The notes under the pieces were generated by a model. That model was given only the letters and a program-made list of their open reading frames with translations. It did no database searches and was not told the DNA's origin. Made by a program: the position numbers and the translations under genes. From Breznakia pachnodae (lineage in GTDB: Bacteria; Bacillota_I; Bacilli_A; Erysipelotrichales; Erysipelotrichaceae): a stretch of DNA of 64,000 bases. Below are positions 28,680 to 38,700 of the stretch, piece after piece (positions within the stretch are counted from its first letter, which is position 1; the number at the start of each line of letters is the position of its first letter). Location: contig NZ_JAUSUR010000007.1 in assembly GCF_030814225.1 (NCBI RefSeq), forward strand, positions 100,941 to 164,940, in the 5' to 3' direction.

Positions 28680-30557
28680 CTATTGAAAACTTAAGAATAG
28701 CTTTAGGAAATCATCATAAGATTTCGTATGTAACAGCACTCTTACCTTTCCTACATCCTCCAACAAAGATACCAGCACTTCATATAGTTTTGATAGATTT
28801 TTCTGGTCATTTGATAATGAGAACATAAAAATCATTTGTACACTTTGTTCTCCCCACGTAACAGGTTCCTTCAAGGTTGCAACTGCAATCCCACTTTTCA
28901 GAGCAATCTTTTCAACAGGATGGGGTATTGCAAAATCACCACCAAATGCAGTTGGTGCAATTGACTCGCGTTTCATTACCGAAGCAATATAACGCTCATC
29001 CGTATACCCTTCCTTTTGTAATGCAGAACATAAAAACTTAATAATCTCATCTTTATTTTTCATATCTAATTGTGAAAAGAAAAGATTTGGGTTGAACATC
29101 TGCTCCAACTCTTTCAGTCCTTCCATCTCACGACGATTTTCTTTATGTAGTATCTGATTAATTTCATCAATCTCACTCTCAGTTATAAAATTAGAACACT
29201 GATAAATTGGTATTTTTGCCTCTGCATGCAGTGGAAATGTTGTAAGAATTAAATCCGCTTCTCCATCTTTAATTTCTTCCACACGTAAATAAGAGTGGGT
29301 TTCAACTTTAATATTAGGTGAAATTCGATTATGAATTTTCTGCGTAATATAACGCGAAGATGATAATCCATTTGGATTAATTAAAATAATCTTCTCACTC
29401 GTTAAACTCATTTTCTCTACTACACACATTAAGTGTAAACTAATATATCCAATCTCATCTTCTGATAAACGAATATTCAAACGTTCCTGAATCTTTAATG
29501 ACATATAAACACTCATATCATAAATCAGAGGAAAGTGAGCACGAATCTCATCAATTAATGGATTCTTTAGATATTTATTTTGCTCTGCACGATGTGTAAG
29601 TGAGATTAAATGAATCAATAGATTTTGTTTAAAGTCATTATCTTCTCTTAGATCAACCTGATAAAACTCCAATATTTCTTCTAGTATTGTATCAATAAAA
29701 CTACGGAACTTTTGTTGCTCATCATAGTTTTCATCCTGCACTGTGATCTTACTAAAAAAGATAGACTGTAAATAATTGCGTTCACTTTCTGGTAATTCAA
29801 TATGAATATAATCTTCAATTACATCACAAAACCGTTCGCACTGACTTTGGTCAACTGCCTCCACCTTCGTCTTTACAAACTTATTCAAGAAGTTTCCACT
29901 ATGAACACGATCAATCATAATTCCCAGATGCAGAATTAGTGATACCATTGCAATATCACTCACCTGAATCTTTTCACTGCGTAAAAACTGTAATACTCTT
30001 TGTTTCAAATCAACAATATTACAGTATTTAAAATAAGATACATAATTATTAAAGTTAAAATCATACTCTTCTATTTCATTGATTAAAAAATAGGTAGTGA
30101 TTTCACGTTTCTTTTTCTCATCACCTTCCAGTGATAATTTATTACTGCGACGTTGAATCTTCAATCCTTCATAACGTTGCATAATTGTTTTGTTTAATTC
30201 CTTAATATCTTTTTCCAGAGTAGATTCGCTAATATAGTATTGATCAGCAAGTGCATAAAAATCTGCCATCTTATGTGACAGTATATGCTTCAGTATTAAA
30301 ATCTGACGTTTTGCTGGTACGCTTTCACTAAACTGTAGTAATTCACTTCCCTTTATACGATCAACGATCTTATACCCTTTTCCTTTATATGACTCAATTA
30401 GTGGATATTGCACACTACTTTTAATACTGGCTATTTCATTACGGACTGTTTTCTCGCTCGCTGAGAGTTGTTGTGCAAGATCACTTGCACTCATATAGTC
30501 TTTGGCATTCATTAGAATGCGTAAAAGTTTCTCTTGTCGTCTTGTAATTGTGGCCAT
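28680..30557 (-). CDS. PRD-domain transcriptional regulator (LicR/MtlR-like; HTH + 2 PRD + EIIB-like + EIIA-like domains)
   Basis: 625 aa. N-terminal HTH QEKLLRILMNAKDYMSASDLAQQL. PRD histidines (ISLHL, LLIHL). C-terminal EIIA-Mtl/Fru-like domain. Confidence 0.8.
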   Translation of the reverse strand: MATITRRQEKLLRILMNAKDYMSASDLAQQLSASEKTVRNEIASIKSSVQYPLIESYKGKGYKIVDRIKGSELLQFSESVPAKRQILILKHILSHKMADFYALADQYYISESTLEKDIKELNKTIMQRYEGLKIQRRSNKLSLEGDEKKKREITTYFLINEIEEYDFNFNNYVSYFKYCNIVDLKQRVLQFLRSEKIQVSDIAMVSLILHLGIMIDRVHSGNFLNKFVKTKVEAVDQSQCERFCDVIEDYIHIELPESERNYLQSIFFSKITVQDENYDEQQKFRSFIDTILEEILEFYQVDLREDNDFKQNLLIHLISLTHRAEQNKYLKNPLIDEIRAHFPLIYDMSVYMSLKIQERLNIRLSEDEIGYISLHLMCVVEKMSLTSEKIILINPNGLSSSRYITQKIHNRISPNIKVETHSYLRVEEIKDGEADLILTTFPLHAEAKIPIYQCSNFITESEIDEINQILHKENRREMEGLKELEQMFNPNLFFSQLDMKNKDEIIKFLCSALQKEGYTDERYIASVMKRESIAPTAFGGDFAIPHPVEKIALKSGIAVATLKEPVTWGEQSVQMIFMFSLSNDQKNLSKLYEVLVSLLEDVGKVRVLLHTKSYDDFLKLFLSFQ

Positions 30558-30588
30558 GAAATCCCTCTTTCAAAATATTATTTATCTA

Positions 30589-31224
30589 TTATTCTTCAAA
30601 TAATAACTTCACCTGATTCATACTTGTAATCTTTTGAAATGTCATTTGCATTACTGGACCAATTGTAAAGATTGCAACAATCGGACCTAATGATATAGTT
30701 CCTCCCATAAGAACACCAAATATAAGCAATAAAAAATCTCCTGCACTTCTAAGTTTCCCAATCGCAATATTCGCTTTCTTGTGTATCAGAAAAATACAGG
30801 CGTCATAGGTTGATCTACCCAAATCAGCACTTGCATAAATAGCAACACCAACTGCCAGACCTAATAACCCTACTAACATTAGAATTATTTCTGCTGCAAA
30901 TGGAAGATCAGCAATAGTGACACTTAACACCAAATCGGTAAAATATCCAACCAACAATGGTGACAGAATCGTTCCTATACCAATCTGTGAACGATCAAAA
31001 AACAAAGGAGGTATTAACATCAATAATGCAATTACCATATTTGCTGTTCCTAGAGTAATTGAGAATGTATCTGAAAAACCTTCCCATAAAACCGCCAATG
31101 GATCAGCCCCCAGTGTTGATTGAACTGCTACTCCAACTCCTATTCCCATTAATGATGATCCTACTACGACCATCATTAATCGTATAAACATCTTCTTTGA
31201 ACATATACTTTTTGTATTTAACAT
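30589..31224 (-). CDS. YczE/YitT-like integral membrane protein (hypothetical)
   Basis: 211 aa with 5-6 TM segments. Contains a G-rich GVGVAVQSTLGADPLAVLWEG motif. Confidence 0.45.
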   Translation of the reverse strand: MLNTKSICSKKMFIRLMMVVVGSSLMGIGVGVAVQSTLGADPLAVLWEGFSDTFSITLGTANMVIALLMLIPPLFFDRSQIGIGTILSPLLVGYFTDLVLSVTIADLPFAAEIILMLVGLLGLAVGVAIYASADLGRSTYDACIFLIHKKANIAIGKLRSAGDFLLLIFGVLMGGTISLGPIVAIFTIGPVMQMTFQKITSMNQVKLLFEE

Positions 31225-31387
31225 TTATTCCATAACTTCTAGCTATAACTAGCTAATTTCCTTTCTGCTTTCCTACTTCTATATTTTATCATGAAAAGTT
31301 TCTATTCTCCGTAATCTTTTGCCACTTCTCTAAGGTAATCTATAATAAAAGAAGAATCCAATATCAATCAGATTCTCCTTATTATTG

Positions 31388-32614
31388 TTATTCAGGTTTT
31401 TTCTTACCGCATTCGCCGCAGAACTTTCCTTTATTTTCGTGTCCACATTCACATGTCCACTTGTCATCTCTTGCTTCTCCACACTCACTACAGAATTTCC
31501 CTGTATTCATGTGTCCACATTTTTTACATTTCCATTCTTCATTAGGAGCTTGCGCTTTTTCAATAAATGGCTCTGCATCAGATGCAGTCTGTTGTGCATT
31601 ATTTTCAAAGAATGGGCTGTTTTCTTGAGGATTGGTACCTTCAAACATATTACCAGTATTCATTCCACCAGCTTGTTGTGCAAATCCCATTCCTAGGAAT
31701 CCTTGCATTGCTCCACCTTCGTTGTCAGCTGCTTTCTCCATTGCACTTGCTTGTGCTTCTGCTAAACGACCCGCTGCTACACGTTGATCTGACATCATGA
31801 TAGCATCATCGATTTTTTCCATTCTTGCACGTGATTCATCATCTGGTGTTACCTTTTCAATTGCAACAGACGAAACTACGATACCTCTGTTTTCACGCCA
31901 CTCATCATCCAATGAGTCATTCATGAATTTTGCGATTTCCATTTGTTTCTTTGGTAAATCATTGTATTGGTAATTTTGATCACTACATTTTGCAATTGCT
32001 GTATCTAATGCATTCACAAACTCTGCTTGTGATTGTTGCATCAATTCTGCTTTTGTATATGTATTTGTTACATTACCAGCTACATTTGTATAGAAACGAA
32101 TTGGATCCTCAATCTTAATTGTATATTGTCCAAAATAACGGATATAAATTCCACGGTATGTTGGATCTTTATATGGCATTGGTGTCGCTGTACCAAACTT
32201 GTTATCAAAGATTTCCTTTAAGTTAATAAAGTATACTCTTTGGTCTTTTGCAGGTGTACCACCAGCAACAAAACGTTTTCCAAAGATACCAAATGATTCT
32301 TTTAATCCTTTAAATCCACCAGTTAATAAACTTGGTTCTGTTGATTCATCCCAAGTAAAACGTCCTGGTTCCATTGTAAATTCTACTACTTTTCCATCTT
32401 CAACGATCAACATTCCTTGACCTTCGTTTACGGCAATACCTGATCCATTTGTAATAATGTTTGGACTTCCTTTAGTATTGCTTCCACTTGTTACTACTTT
32501 TTGACCCTTTTGCATTAACACATCATTTGATAATGCCTCACAGTAGAAATACTCTGCCCATTGATCTGCTAATGTCGTTCTTGCTGAATCAACAGCTGCT
32601 CTAATTAATCCCAT
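31388..32614 (-). CDS. SPFH/Band-7-like domain protein with C-terminal double zinc ribbon
   Basis: 408 aa. N-terminus MGLIRAAVDSARTTLADQWAEYFYC is typical of the Band_7_1 (virion-core-like) SPFH family. C-terminus CKKCGH...CSECG...CECGH...CGECG forms two CxxC...CxxC ribbons. Confidence 0.65.
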   Translation of the reverse strand: MGLIRAAVDSARTTLADQWAEYFYCEALSNDVLMQKGQKVVTSGSNTKGSPNIITNGSGIAVNEGQGMLIVEDGKVVEFTMEPGRFTWDESTEPSLLTGGFKGLKESFGIFGKRFVAGGTPAKDQRVYFINLKEIFDNKFGTATPMPYKDPTYRGIYIRYFGQYTIKIEDPIRFYTNVAGNVTNTYTKAELMQQSQAEFVNALDTAIAKCSDQNYQYNDLPKKQMEIAKFMNDSLDDEWRENRGIVVSSVAIEKVTPDDESRARMEKIDDAIMMSDQRVAAGRLAEAQASAMEKAADNEGGAMQGFLGMGFAQQAGGMNTGNMFEGTNPQENSPFFENNAQQTASDAEPFIEKAQAPNEEWKCKKCGHMNTGKFCSECGEARDDKWTCECGHENKGKFCGECGKKKPE

Positions 32615-32616
32615 GC

Positions 32617-33549
32617 TTAATTCCTCCTTAACGCTTTGTAAGCACCATATTTATTTAATACCCATCCATATTCACCGCTTGTGATTACGGACTTACAATA
32701 TTCACATTCCCCGCTTTCACTCACTTCTATTTCAGCACCACAATTTGGACATACTTTTAAATTCAACTCGTGGTCTGTTTTCGTTTTTATACCAGCTTTT
32801 CTAATAAACTGCAAATAATAAGAACGCTTATACACTGTTGTCTTATCACCTTGAATAACAGCACCTGTCTGATCATCAATTGTATAATCGATACAAGTGG
32901 CATTCAGTCTAATAATCAATACTTCCTGATCTCCATCTACATAGAAATCGGCAAGTTCTACTGAACGTACATCTTGGTCATCCAGTATGTTTGTTTTTCC
33001 TTGATCAATATACTCCTGTAATTGTTTACGGTGTGTATTAAACAAACTGTTACTTTCAAATGTACGAATCGATTTCCAGTCCTTTGCTTCCCATGCTTCC
33101 TGTAAATTAATATATAATTCAGTAGCATTCTGTTTAAAACTCATCACTGAGAAATCTGGATCCACTGCAATAATCTTATTGATTGTTCCTTGTTCATCAA
33201 TTGCATTTGTATTGAAGCGCGAACCTGAACCAGAAGTATTTACATTTCTTGTAGTTCTTCTTGTTTTATTTCCTTTTGCATAAATGACCAGTATTATTCC
33301 AGGTACATATATACATAACATCAGTATTGCAGTTGATGTTGAGAATGAGCCTCCTCCGCCACTGCTACTGGAATAATCATTGTCATCATAATCCCAACTG
33401 GAACCACTATCCCAATCGGAACCACCCCAGTCAGAACCTCCATCATCAAATCCTCCAGAGTTTCCTACTTCGGCACTAATTGGCGCACTAAACCAGAATC
33501 CCAGCAATAATAGAATCGCACCAATCTTTAATTTCTTACCACGCACCAT
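32617..33549 (-). CDS. Membrane protein with Gly/Ser-rich extracytoplasmic loop and cytoplasmic NTF2/Tim44-like domain ending in a zinc ribbon (paralog 1)
   Basis: The N-terminal hydrophobic segment is followed by SAEVGNSGGF and G/S/D/W-rich low-complexity sequence. A second TM follows, then a ~200-aa domain ending in CPNCGA...SGECEYC. Confidence 0.6.
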   Translation of the reverse strand: MVRGKKLKIGAILLLLGFWFSAPISAEVGNSGGFDDGGSDWGGSDWDSGSSWDYDDNDYSSSSGGGGSFSTSTAILMLCIYVPGIILVIYAKGNKTRRTTRNVNTSGSGSRFNTNAIDEQGTINKIIAVDPDFSVMSFKQNATELYINLQEAWEAKDWKSIRTFESNSLFNTHRKQLQEYIDQGKTNILDDQDVRSVELADFYVDGDQEVLIIRLNATCIDYTIDDQTGAVIQGDKTTVYKRSYYLQFIRKAGIKTKTDHELNLKVCPNCGAEIEVSESGECEYCKSVITSGEYGWVLNKYGAYKALRRN

Positions 33550-34405
33550 ACTTATTCAATACCCATCCATATTTACCATTCGTAATAACGGAATGACAGT
33601 ATTCACACTCTCCACTAGAAGTGACCTGAGTAGGTGCACCACAGTTAGGACAGTTGGTTGGGTTTAATCCTGTATCACTATCTGTCTTTACGCCCACACT
33701 ACGAATAAATTCAAATCGATAATAACGTTCCTGCAAACGATTTTGATCTCCATCAATTACCTTTCCAGTATTATCATCAGTTGTATAATCAACACAGAAA
33801 GCATGTAAACGAACAGTTAATACTTCCTGGTCTCCATCAATATGATAATTTGTTAATTCTACTTTTCTTACATCCTGACGATCCAGATGGTTTGTCCATC
33901 CTTTGTCTATATGTTCCTGTAACTGACGATTATGCATATTAAACAATGCATTACTTTCAAATGGTCGTACAGCTTTCCAATCTCTTGCTTCCCAAGCTTC
34001 TTGGAGTGTTATATAAAGTTCACCAACGAATCCACGGAATTTTTCCGCTGAAAAGTTTGGGTCTTGTTCTTTTATCTTTTCTATTGTGCTTGTTTCATTA
34101 ACCGGCGATGATGACTGATATGGGGTACCATTTCCTTGATATCCACGATTATTGTTTCTACCTTTATTCTGTGAATAAAGTTTCACTACAATAATAATGA
34201 TAATAAAGATAATTAGTCCTGGAGTACCACCTAGGTAAATGAAACTACCAAGGCCACCAAATCCTCCACCACTACTACTTCCTCCGCCGCTGCTTCCACC
34301 AAAACCACCAGAGTTCCCTACCTCTGCTGCAATTGGCGAGTTTATAAGCATGAGTGTTACAATAAACACCATACAAAACAATGCCAGCTTTTTATATTTT
34401 CTCAT
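33536..34405 (-). CDS. Membrane protein with Gly/Ser-rich loop, NTF2/Tim44-like domain and zinc ribbon (paralog 2)
   Basis: Same architecture and ~50% identity to 32617..33549 (AEVGNSGGFGGSSGGG..., CPNCGA...SGECEYC). Start placed at MRKYKK, which has the SD caggaggttttATG. Confidence 0.6.
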   Translation of the reverse strand: MRKYKKLALFCMVFIVTLMLINSPIAAEVGNSGGFGGSSGGGSSSGGGFGGLGSFIYLGGTPGLIIFIIIIIVVKLYSQNKGRNNNRGYQGNGTPYQSSSPVNETSTIEKIKEQDPNFSAEKFRGFVGELYITLQEAWEARDWKAVRPFESNALFNMHNRQLQEHIDKGWTNHLDRQDVRKVELTNYHIDGDQEVLTVRLHAFCVDYTTDDNTGKVIDGDQNRLQERYYRFEFIRSVGVKTDSDTGLNPTNCPNCGAPTQVTSSGECEYCHSVITNGKYGWVLNKYGAW

Positions 34406-34495
34406 AAAACCTCCTGTATTTATTCTACCACATTCCACTATACTTTTTATATTAGTTTTCAGCATAATAAGCAAAAAGAAAAGGTAAGCATTTGC

Positions 34496-35344
34496 CTACC
34501 TCTGTATTTCTTGTATTGCCGTATTGAGCCAAGTCTCATCCATTAGGAAGTAATATAGTTCCTGACCATAATAATCATCATATAAGTATGCATCCTGACC
34601 TTCTGCTACTTCCTGTGTAAATTCAAAATCATGAAATGCCATATCACTATAGCCAAAAATTTTCCATAAATCAACATTGGTATCACTAATTGATTCTACA
34701 TCCTGATAGAAACTATACATTCCCATCACTCCAGAACCTTTCACCTTGGAAATCATCGCTTTGATGACTTCCTGTTGACGTGCTGCACGAAATAAATCGC
34801 TGTCACTTTTACGATGACGAGAATAAGCCAAAGCCATTCCACCATCCATCTGAACCGTTACTCCCTCTTCGAAGCAGTAACTACCATCTTCATCACTTTC
34901 ATTCATTTCACAGAATGTTGCTGTTGGAGTCAGTTCAATACCACCTATTGAATCTACTAACTCAATCATCTTTCCAAAATCCACTTCTATATAATATTCG
35001 AAATCTGTTTCAAACAGAAATTCCATTGTTTCTATCGTACCCTCTATACCACCATATGCATATGCATGAGTGATTTTATCTTGTCTTCCCTCACTTGGAA
35101 TATACACATAAGAATCTCTGGGAACCGAAATAAGATTAACCGTTTTATGATTTTCATCAACATGAGCAACCATCAGTGAATCACTGCGAGATACCTCATC
35201 GCCTTCTCTTGCATCGATCCCAATGATAACTACGTTTAGATTACCTGTTTGGGAAACTTTAAATTTATATAGACCATAACCACAAAGGGCTAATACTATT
35301 AGAACAATTATAATATTTCTAGTGACTTTAAAAAGGCGCTTCAT
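34496..35344 (-). CDS. LytR-CpsA-Psr (LCP) family cell-envelope phosphotransferase
   Basis: N-terminal TM then the LCP core IIGIDAREGDEVSRSDSLMVAHVD...VPRDSYV. Confidence 0.8.
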   Translation of the reverse strand: MKRLFKVTRNIIIVLIVLALCGYGLYKFKVSQTGNLNVVIIGIDAREGDEVSRSDSLMVAHVDENHKTVNLISVPRDSYVYIPSEGRQDKITHAYAYGGIEGTIETMEFLFETDFEYYIEVDFGKMIELVDSIGGIELTPTATFCEMNESDEDGSYCFEEGVTVQMDGGMALAYSRHRKSDSDLFRAARQQEVIKAMISKVKGSGVMGMYSFYQDVESISDTNVDLWKIFGYSDMAFHDFEFTQEVAEGQDAYLYDDYYGQELYYFLMDETWLNTAIQEIQR

Positions 35345-35345
35345 T

Positions 35346-35651
35346 CTATAAGCCTTGTTTTATAAAGTCAATTAATTGTGGTTTTGCTTGGAATCCCACT
35401 GTTGTTGCAATTGCATCACCATTTTTAAACAACATTAATGTTGGAATTGACATTACATTGAACTTTTGTGCGATTGCTGGATCATTATCCACGTTCAATT
35501 TCACAATTGTTACATTGTCCATTTCATTTGAAACTTCTTCTAAAATTGGACTTTGCATCTTACAAGGACCACACCAATCAGCATAGAAATCCACTAATAC
35601 TAATTCACCTTTTAGTGTTTCTTCAAATTCACTTCCACTTACTATTTTCAT
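35346..35651 (-). CDS. trxA: Thioredoxin
   Basis: 101 aa with a WCGPCK active site. Confidence 0.9.
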   Translation of the reverse strand: MKIVSGSEFEETLKGELVLVDFYADWCGPCKMQSPILEEVSNEMDNVTIVKLNVDNDPAIAQKFNVMSIPTLMLFKNGDAIATTVGFQAKPQLIDFIKQGL

Positions 35652-36478
35652 AATATTTCCTCCTTCTCTATCAGAAAATTAATTATACCATCTTCATCGC
35701 ATGTGCCACATTCATATGCACACGCATCTTTTACATTTTGCATTGCATTACCCATCGCTACACTGTTTTTCACAACACCCAGCATCGATAAATCATTTTC
35801 TCCATCACCGAAGACAACTACTTCATCTTCATTAAATTCTTCTTGTTCCATGACTTTCTTTAATGCATTACCTTTACTGACACTGGCAGGACCAATTTCT
35901 AACCAAGAGGTTAAAGGTCGTCCAAACCATAAATCTTCTTTAAAGGAATGCCTGCTCATATCCTCATATATATCTGAGATAATATCAACATCATCAAACA
36001 CGCAGATTTTATTAATGGGCTCACTCACTTCATCAATACTTTCTACTTCAAAGAACTGTCGATTTCTTAGTCCTTCCATATTACTGTTCCTAACAACATA
36101 ACGACTCGTAGTTTCATTTGGAGCCAATATGACAAATACATTTTCTTCTGCCATAACTAGTATTTCTACTTGTTTATCACGAAGATATTCAACGGCTTCT
36201 TTCGCCTCAGCTATGTTCATGCGTCGAATGAGCTCATAAGTATTTTTTTCATAATCATAAATCCCAACCCCATTGGCTTCAATTATCTTTCCACCACTCT
36301 TGTCAGCATTTATCATCTGCGCATACTCAGCCATTCGTTTATACGTTCGACCACTCGCTAAAATCAATTTCACACCCTTATCTGCAAAAGAGCGTAAACC
36401 AGTAACTGTTTTCTCACTGATTGTCTTTTCACTGTTCAGTAGTGTTCCATCTAAATCCATACATATTGCTTTTATCAT
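35648..36478 (-). CDS. Cof-type HAD-IIB family hydrolase
   Basis: ICMDLDGTLLN motif I, plus a C-terminal GDGENDLSM motif. Confidence 0.8.
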   Translation of the reverse strand: MIKAICMDLDGTLLNSEKTISEKTVTGLRSFADKGVKLILASGRTYKRMAEYAQMINADKSGGKIIEANGVGIYDYEKNTYELIRRMNIAEAKEAVEYLRDKQVEILVMAEENVFVILAPNETTSRYVVRNSNMEGLRNRQFFEVESIDEVSEPINKICVFDDVDIISDIYEDMSRHSFKEDLWFGRPLTSWLEIGPASVSKGNALKKVMEQEEFNEDEVVVFGDGENDLSMLGVVKNSVAMGNAMQNVKDACAYECGTCDEDGIINFLIEKEEIL

Positions 36479-36530
36479 GTTACCTCCATTACTAACGATT
36501 ATATCACTTACACATCAATAGTTCTACAAA

Positions 36531-36566
36531 TTTGCCATAAGGCAAGAAAAGCCATTCACATAAATG
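36531..36566. terminator. Bidirectional terminator hairpin after nagB
   Basis: aagccattcacataaatgaatggctt with T-rich flanks on both strands. Confidence 0.55.
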
Positions 36567-36578
36567 AATGGCTTATTT

Positions 36579-37298
36579 CTATTTTAAATTAGCTGCTGCA
36601 GCTTCATCTACAAACACTGTAACATCAGCGTGTTTTTGTAGGATTGATGCTGGCATTGATTCAGTAACTGGTCCATTAACCATTGCTGCTACTGCTTCTG
36701 CTTTATTTTCTCCAGTTGCAATCAATAAAATTCTTTTTGATTTCATGATTGTTGCAATTCCCATTGAAATTGCTTTCTTAGGAACTAAGTTAGCATCATT
36801 GTCAAAGAATCTTGCATTGTCTTCAATTGTCTTTTCATCTAAATCCACAATGTGAGTAAGTGAGTCAAAAGAAGTTCCTGGTTCATTGAAACCAATGTGT
36901 CCATTTCTTCCTATACCCAATACTTGTAAGTCAATACTTACATCGCTCATTGCTGCTTCATAAGCATCACAATCTGCTTGTGTATCACCAAATGGAAGAT
37001 GTGTGTTATCTTCTTGAATATCAATGTGATCAAATAATTCTTTGTGCATAAAACTTGAATAACTTTCAGGGTGATTTTTATCAATCCCTACATATTCATC
37101 TAAGTTAAATGAAATTACATTCTTGTAACTTAAGTTTCCTGCTTTATAGTCAGCAATCATTTCACCATATAATCCAATTGGACTAGATCCTGTTGCCAAC
37201 CCTAATACTGCATTAGGCTTATTTGCTACCACATCTTTTAATAGCTCATATGCTTTTTTTGCAACTTCTTGTTTGTCTTTACATACAATTACGTTCAT
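36579..37298 (-). CDS. nagB: Glucosamine-6-phosphate deaminase
   Basis: 239-aa NagB family (GLATGSSPIGLY, GIGRNGHIGFNEP). Confidence 0.85.
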   Translation of the reverse strand: MNVIVCKDKQEVAKKAYELLKDVVANKPNAVLGLATGSSPIGLYGEMIADYKAGNLSYKNVISFNLDEYVGIDKNHPESYSSFMHKELFDHIDIQEDNTHLPFGDTQADCDAYEAAMSDVSIDLQVLGIGRNGHIGFNEPGTSFDSLTHIVDLDEKTIEDNARFFDNDANLVPKKAISMGIATIMKSKRILLIATGENKAEAVAAMVNGPVTESMPASILQKHADVTVFVDEAAAANLK

Positions 37299-37327
37299 GT
37301 CTAAACTCCTTTTCCTTAATTAATGTA

Positions 37328-38152
37328 TTATTTCTTATCATACAAATCCAAGAAACTAACTTCTTTCTCGTCATCGTAATAAGCGATAACCTTATCTAAA
37401 TTTACATTACTGACACTATGGAAGATATTGCTATCGATAAAAGGATTAATCTTCTTATAATGAGCGATCAATTCTTTTATTTCCTTACGCTTACTTGTGC
37501 TTTCTTTGGCATTGTCATCATTGTCTGCCGTAAAGCGACAAGCGCATTGTAGGAACTCAAGTTCATTATACACTTTCCAGTGCAAAATGTCCTCTTCTTT
37601 CATCAAATATAATGGGCGAATTAACTCCATTCCTTCAAAATTCTGAGAATGTAGTTTTGGCATCATTGTACGAATCTCTCCTGCATAGAACATATTCATC
37701 ACAATGGTCTCAATCACATCATCATAATGATGTCCAAGTGCTATTTTATTACAACCTAATTCTTGGGCAAAACGATACAGATAACCACGTCTCATTCTTG
37801 CACACAAGTAACAAGGATTCTTATCAATATTTTCTACTGTTTCAAAAATCTGACTACTGAAGATCTGAATTGGTAGATTTAATTTCTTCGCATTTTCCTG
37901 AATCATCTCTAAGTTACTTTCATGATACCCTGGATCCATCACCAGATACTTCACTTCAAAAGGTGTTGTCGTAAATCGTGAAAGGATATCAAAACATTTT
38001 GCCATCAGCATACTATCTTTTCCACCAGATATACAAACTGCAATTACATCATTTTCCTGTATCAAATCATAATCACGAATTGCTTTCATAAACTTTGAGA
38101 AGATTTGTTTTCGATAGGTTTTTAAAATACTATTTTCTATTGTTTGTTTCAT
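37328..38152 (-). CDS. PP-loop ATPase of the TtcA family (tRNA 2-thiocytidine synthetase-like)
   Basis: SGGKDS PP-loop. CxxC pairs (CYLCARM, CACRF) for an Fe-S cluster. Confidence 0.7.
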   Translation of the reverse strand: MKQTIENSILKTYRKQIFSKFMKAIRDYDLIQENDVIAVCISGGKDSMLMAKCFDILSRFTTTPFEVKYLVMDPGYHESNLEMIQENAKKLNLPIQIFSSQIFETVENIDKNPCYLCARMRRGYLYRFAQELGCNKIALGHHYDDVIETIVMNMFYAGEIRTMMPKLHSQNFEGMELIRPLYLMKEEDILHWKVYNELEFLQCACRFTADNDDNAKESTSKRKEIKELIAHYKKINPFIDSNIFHSVSNVNLDKVIAYYDDEKEVSFLDLYDKK

Positions 38153-38204
38153 AAATCACCTTTTTGCTATGCCATTATATCATACTTGATATATTAGTGA
38201 AACC

Positions 38205-38232
38205 AAGAGAAAGGATGGAAGTTTCTTCCATC
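38205..38232 (-). terminator. Perfect 9-bp hairpin upstream of the ttcA-like promoter
   Basis: Minus strand ggatggaag-aaa-cttccatcc followed by tttctcttggttt. A TGaTATAAT extended -10 lies between the hairpin and the ttcA start. Confidence 0.45.
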
Positions 38233-38539
38233 CTCTATCTGATAGTTTGAAACAATGAACTTATCTACTCTAGTACTTGTTTCTCATTACGTCATATCAA
38301 TCGCTTATATCCATTTGCCAGATATAAGTGGTGAACACAAACTTGGAATTTTGGGTGTTCATCCTGATTTCTAATTGAATGATTTTTGGTATCCTCACCT
38401 ATTGCTGCCTGTCATTTTCAAACAATAAATGTAGAATGTTCTGTGTAGTTATTGTTGCGGCAATCCCTACAGCTACTTCGTTTTCTTACTGACTAAATAA
38501 ATAAGAGAAACAAGTACTACAGTAGACAAGTAAAATATA

Positions 38540-38592
38540 AAAAAGGCAAGATAACAAAAAACACATCTTCGTGTGATTTCGCTAGTCTTGCC
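38540..38592 (-). terminator. Terminator after EIIA-Glc gene
   Basis: Minus strand ggcaaga...tcttgcc long-loop hairpin followed by ttttttatatttt. Confidence 0.5.
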
Positions 38593-38700
38593 TGCATTAT
38601 CAGTTACAATCCAACCTTATCTATTTACTTGTACTTACATTTTACCACTTATTTCACTTATGTCAATACTAATTCACACAATTTAAACACATTTCATTTC

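Noticed and set aside
38265-38384. 39-codon plus-strand ORF (MNLSTLVLVSHYVISIAYIHLPDISGEHKLGILGVHPDF) inside the long gap
   Set aside because: It has no SD, sits antisense to the direction of all surrounding transcription, and its hydrophobic composition is typical of random AT-rich sequence.
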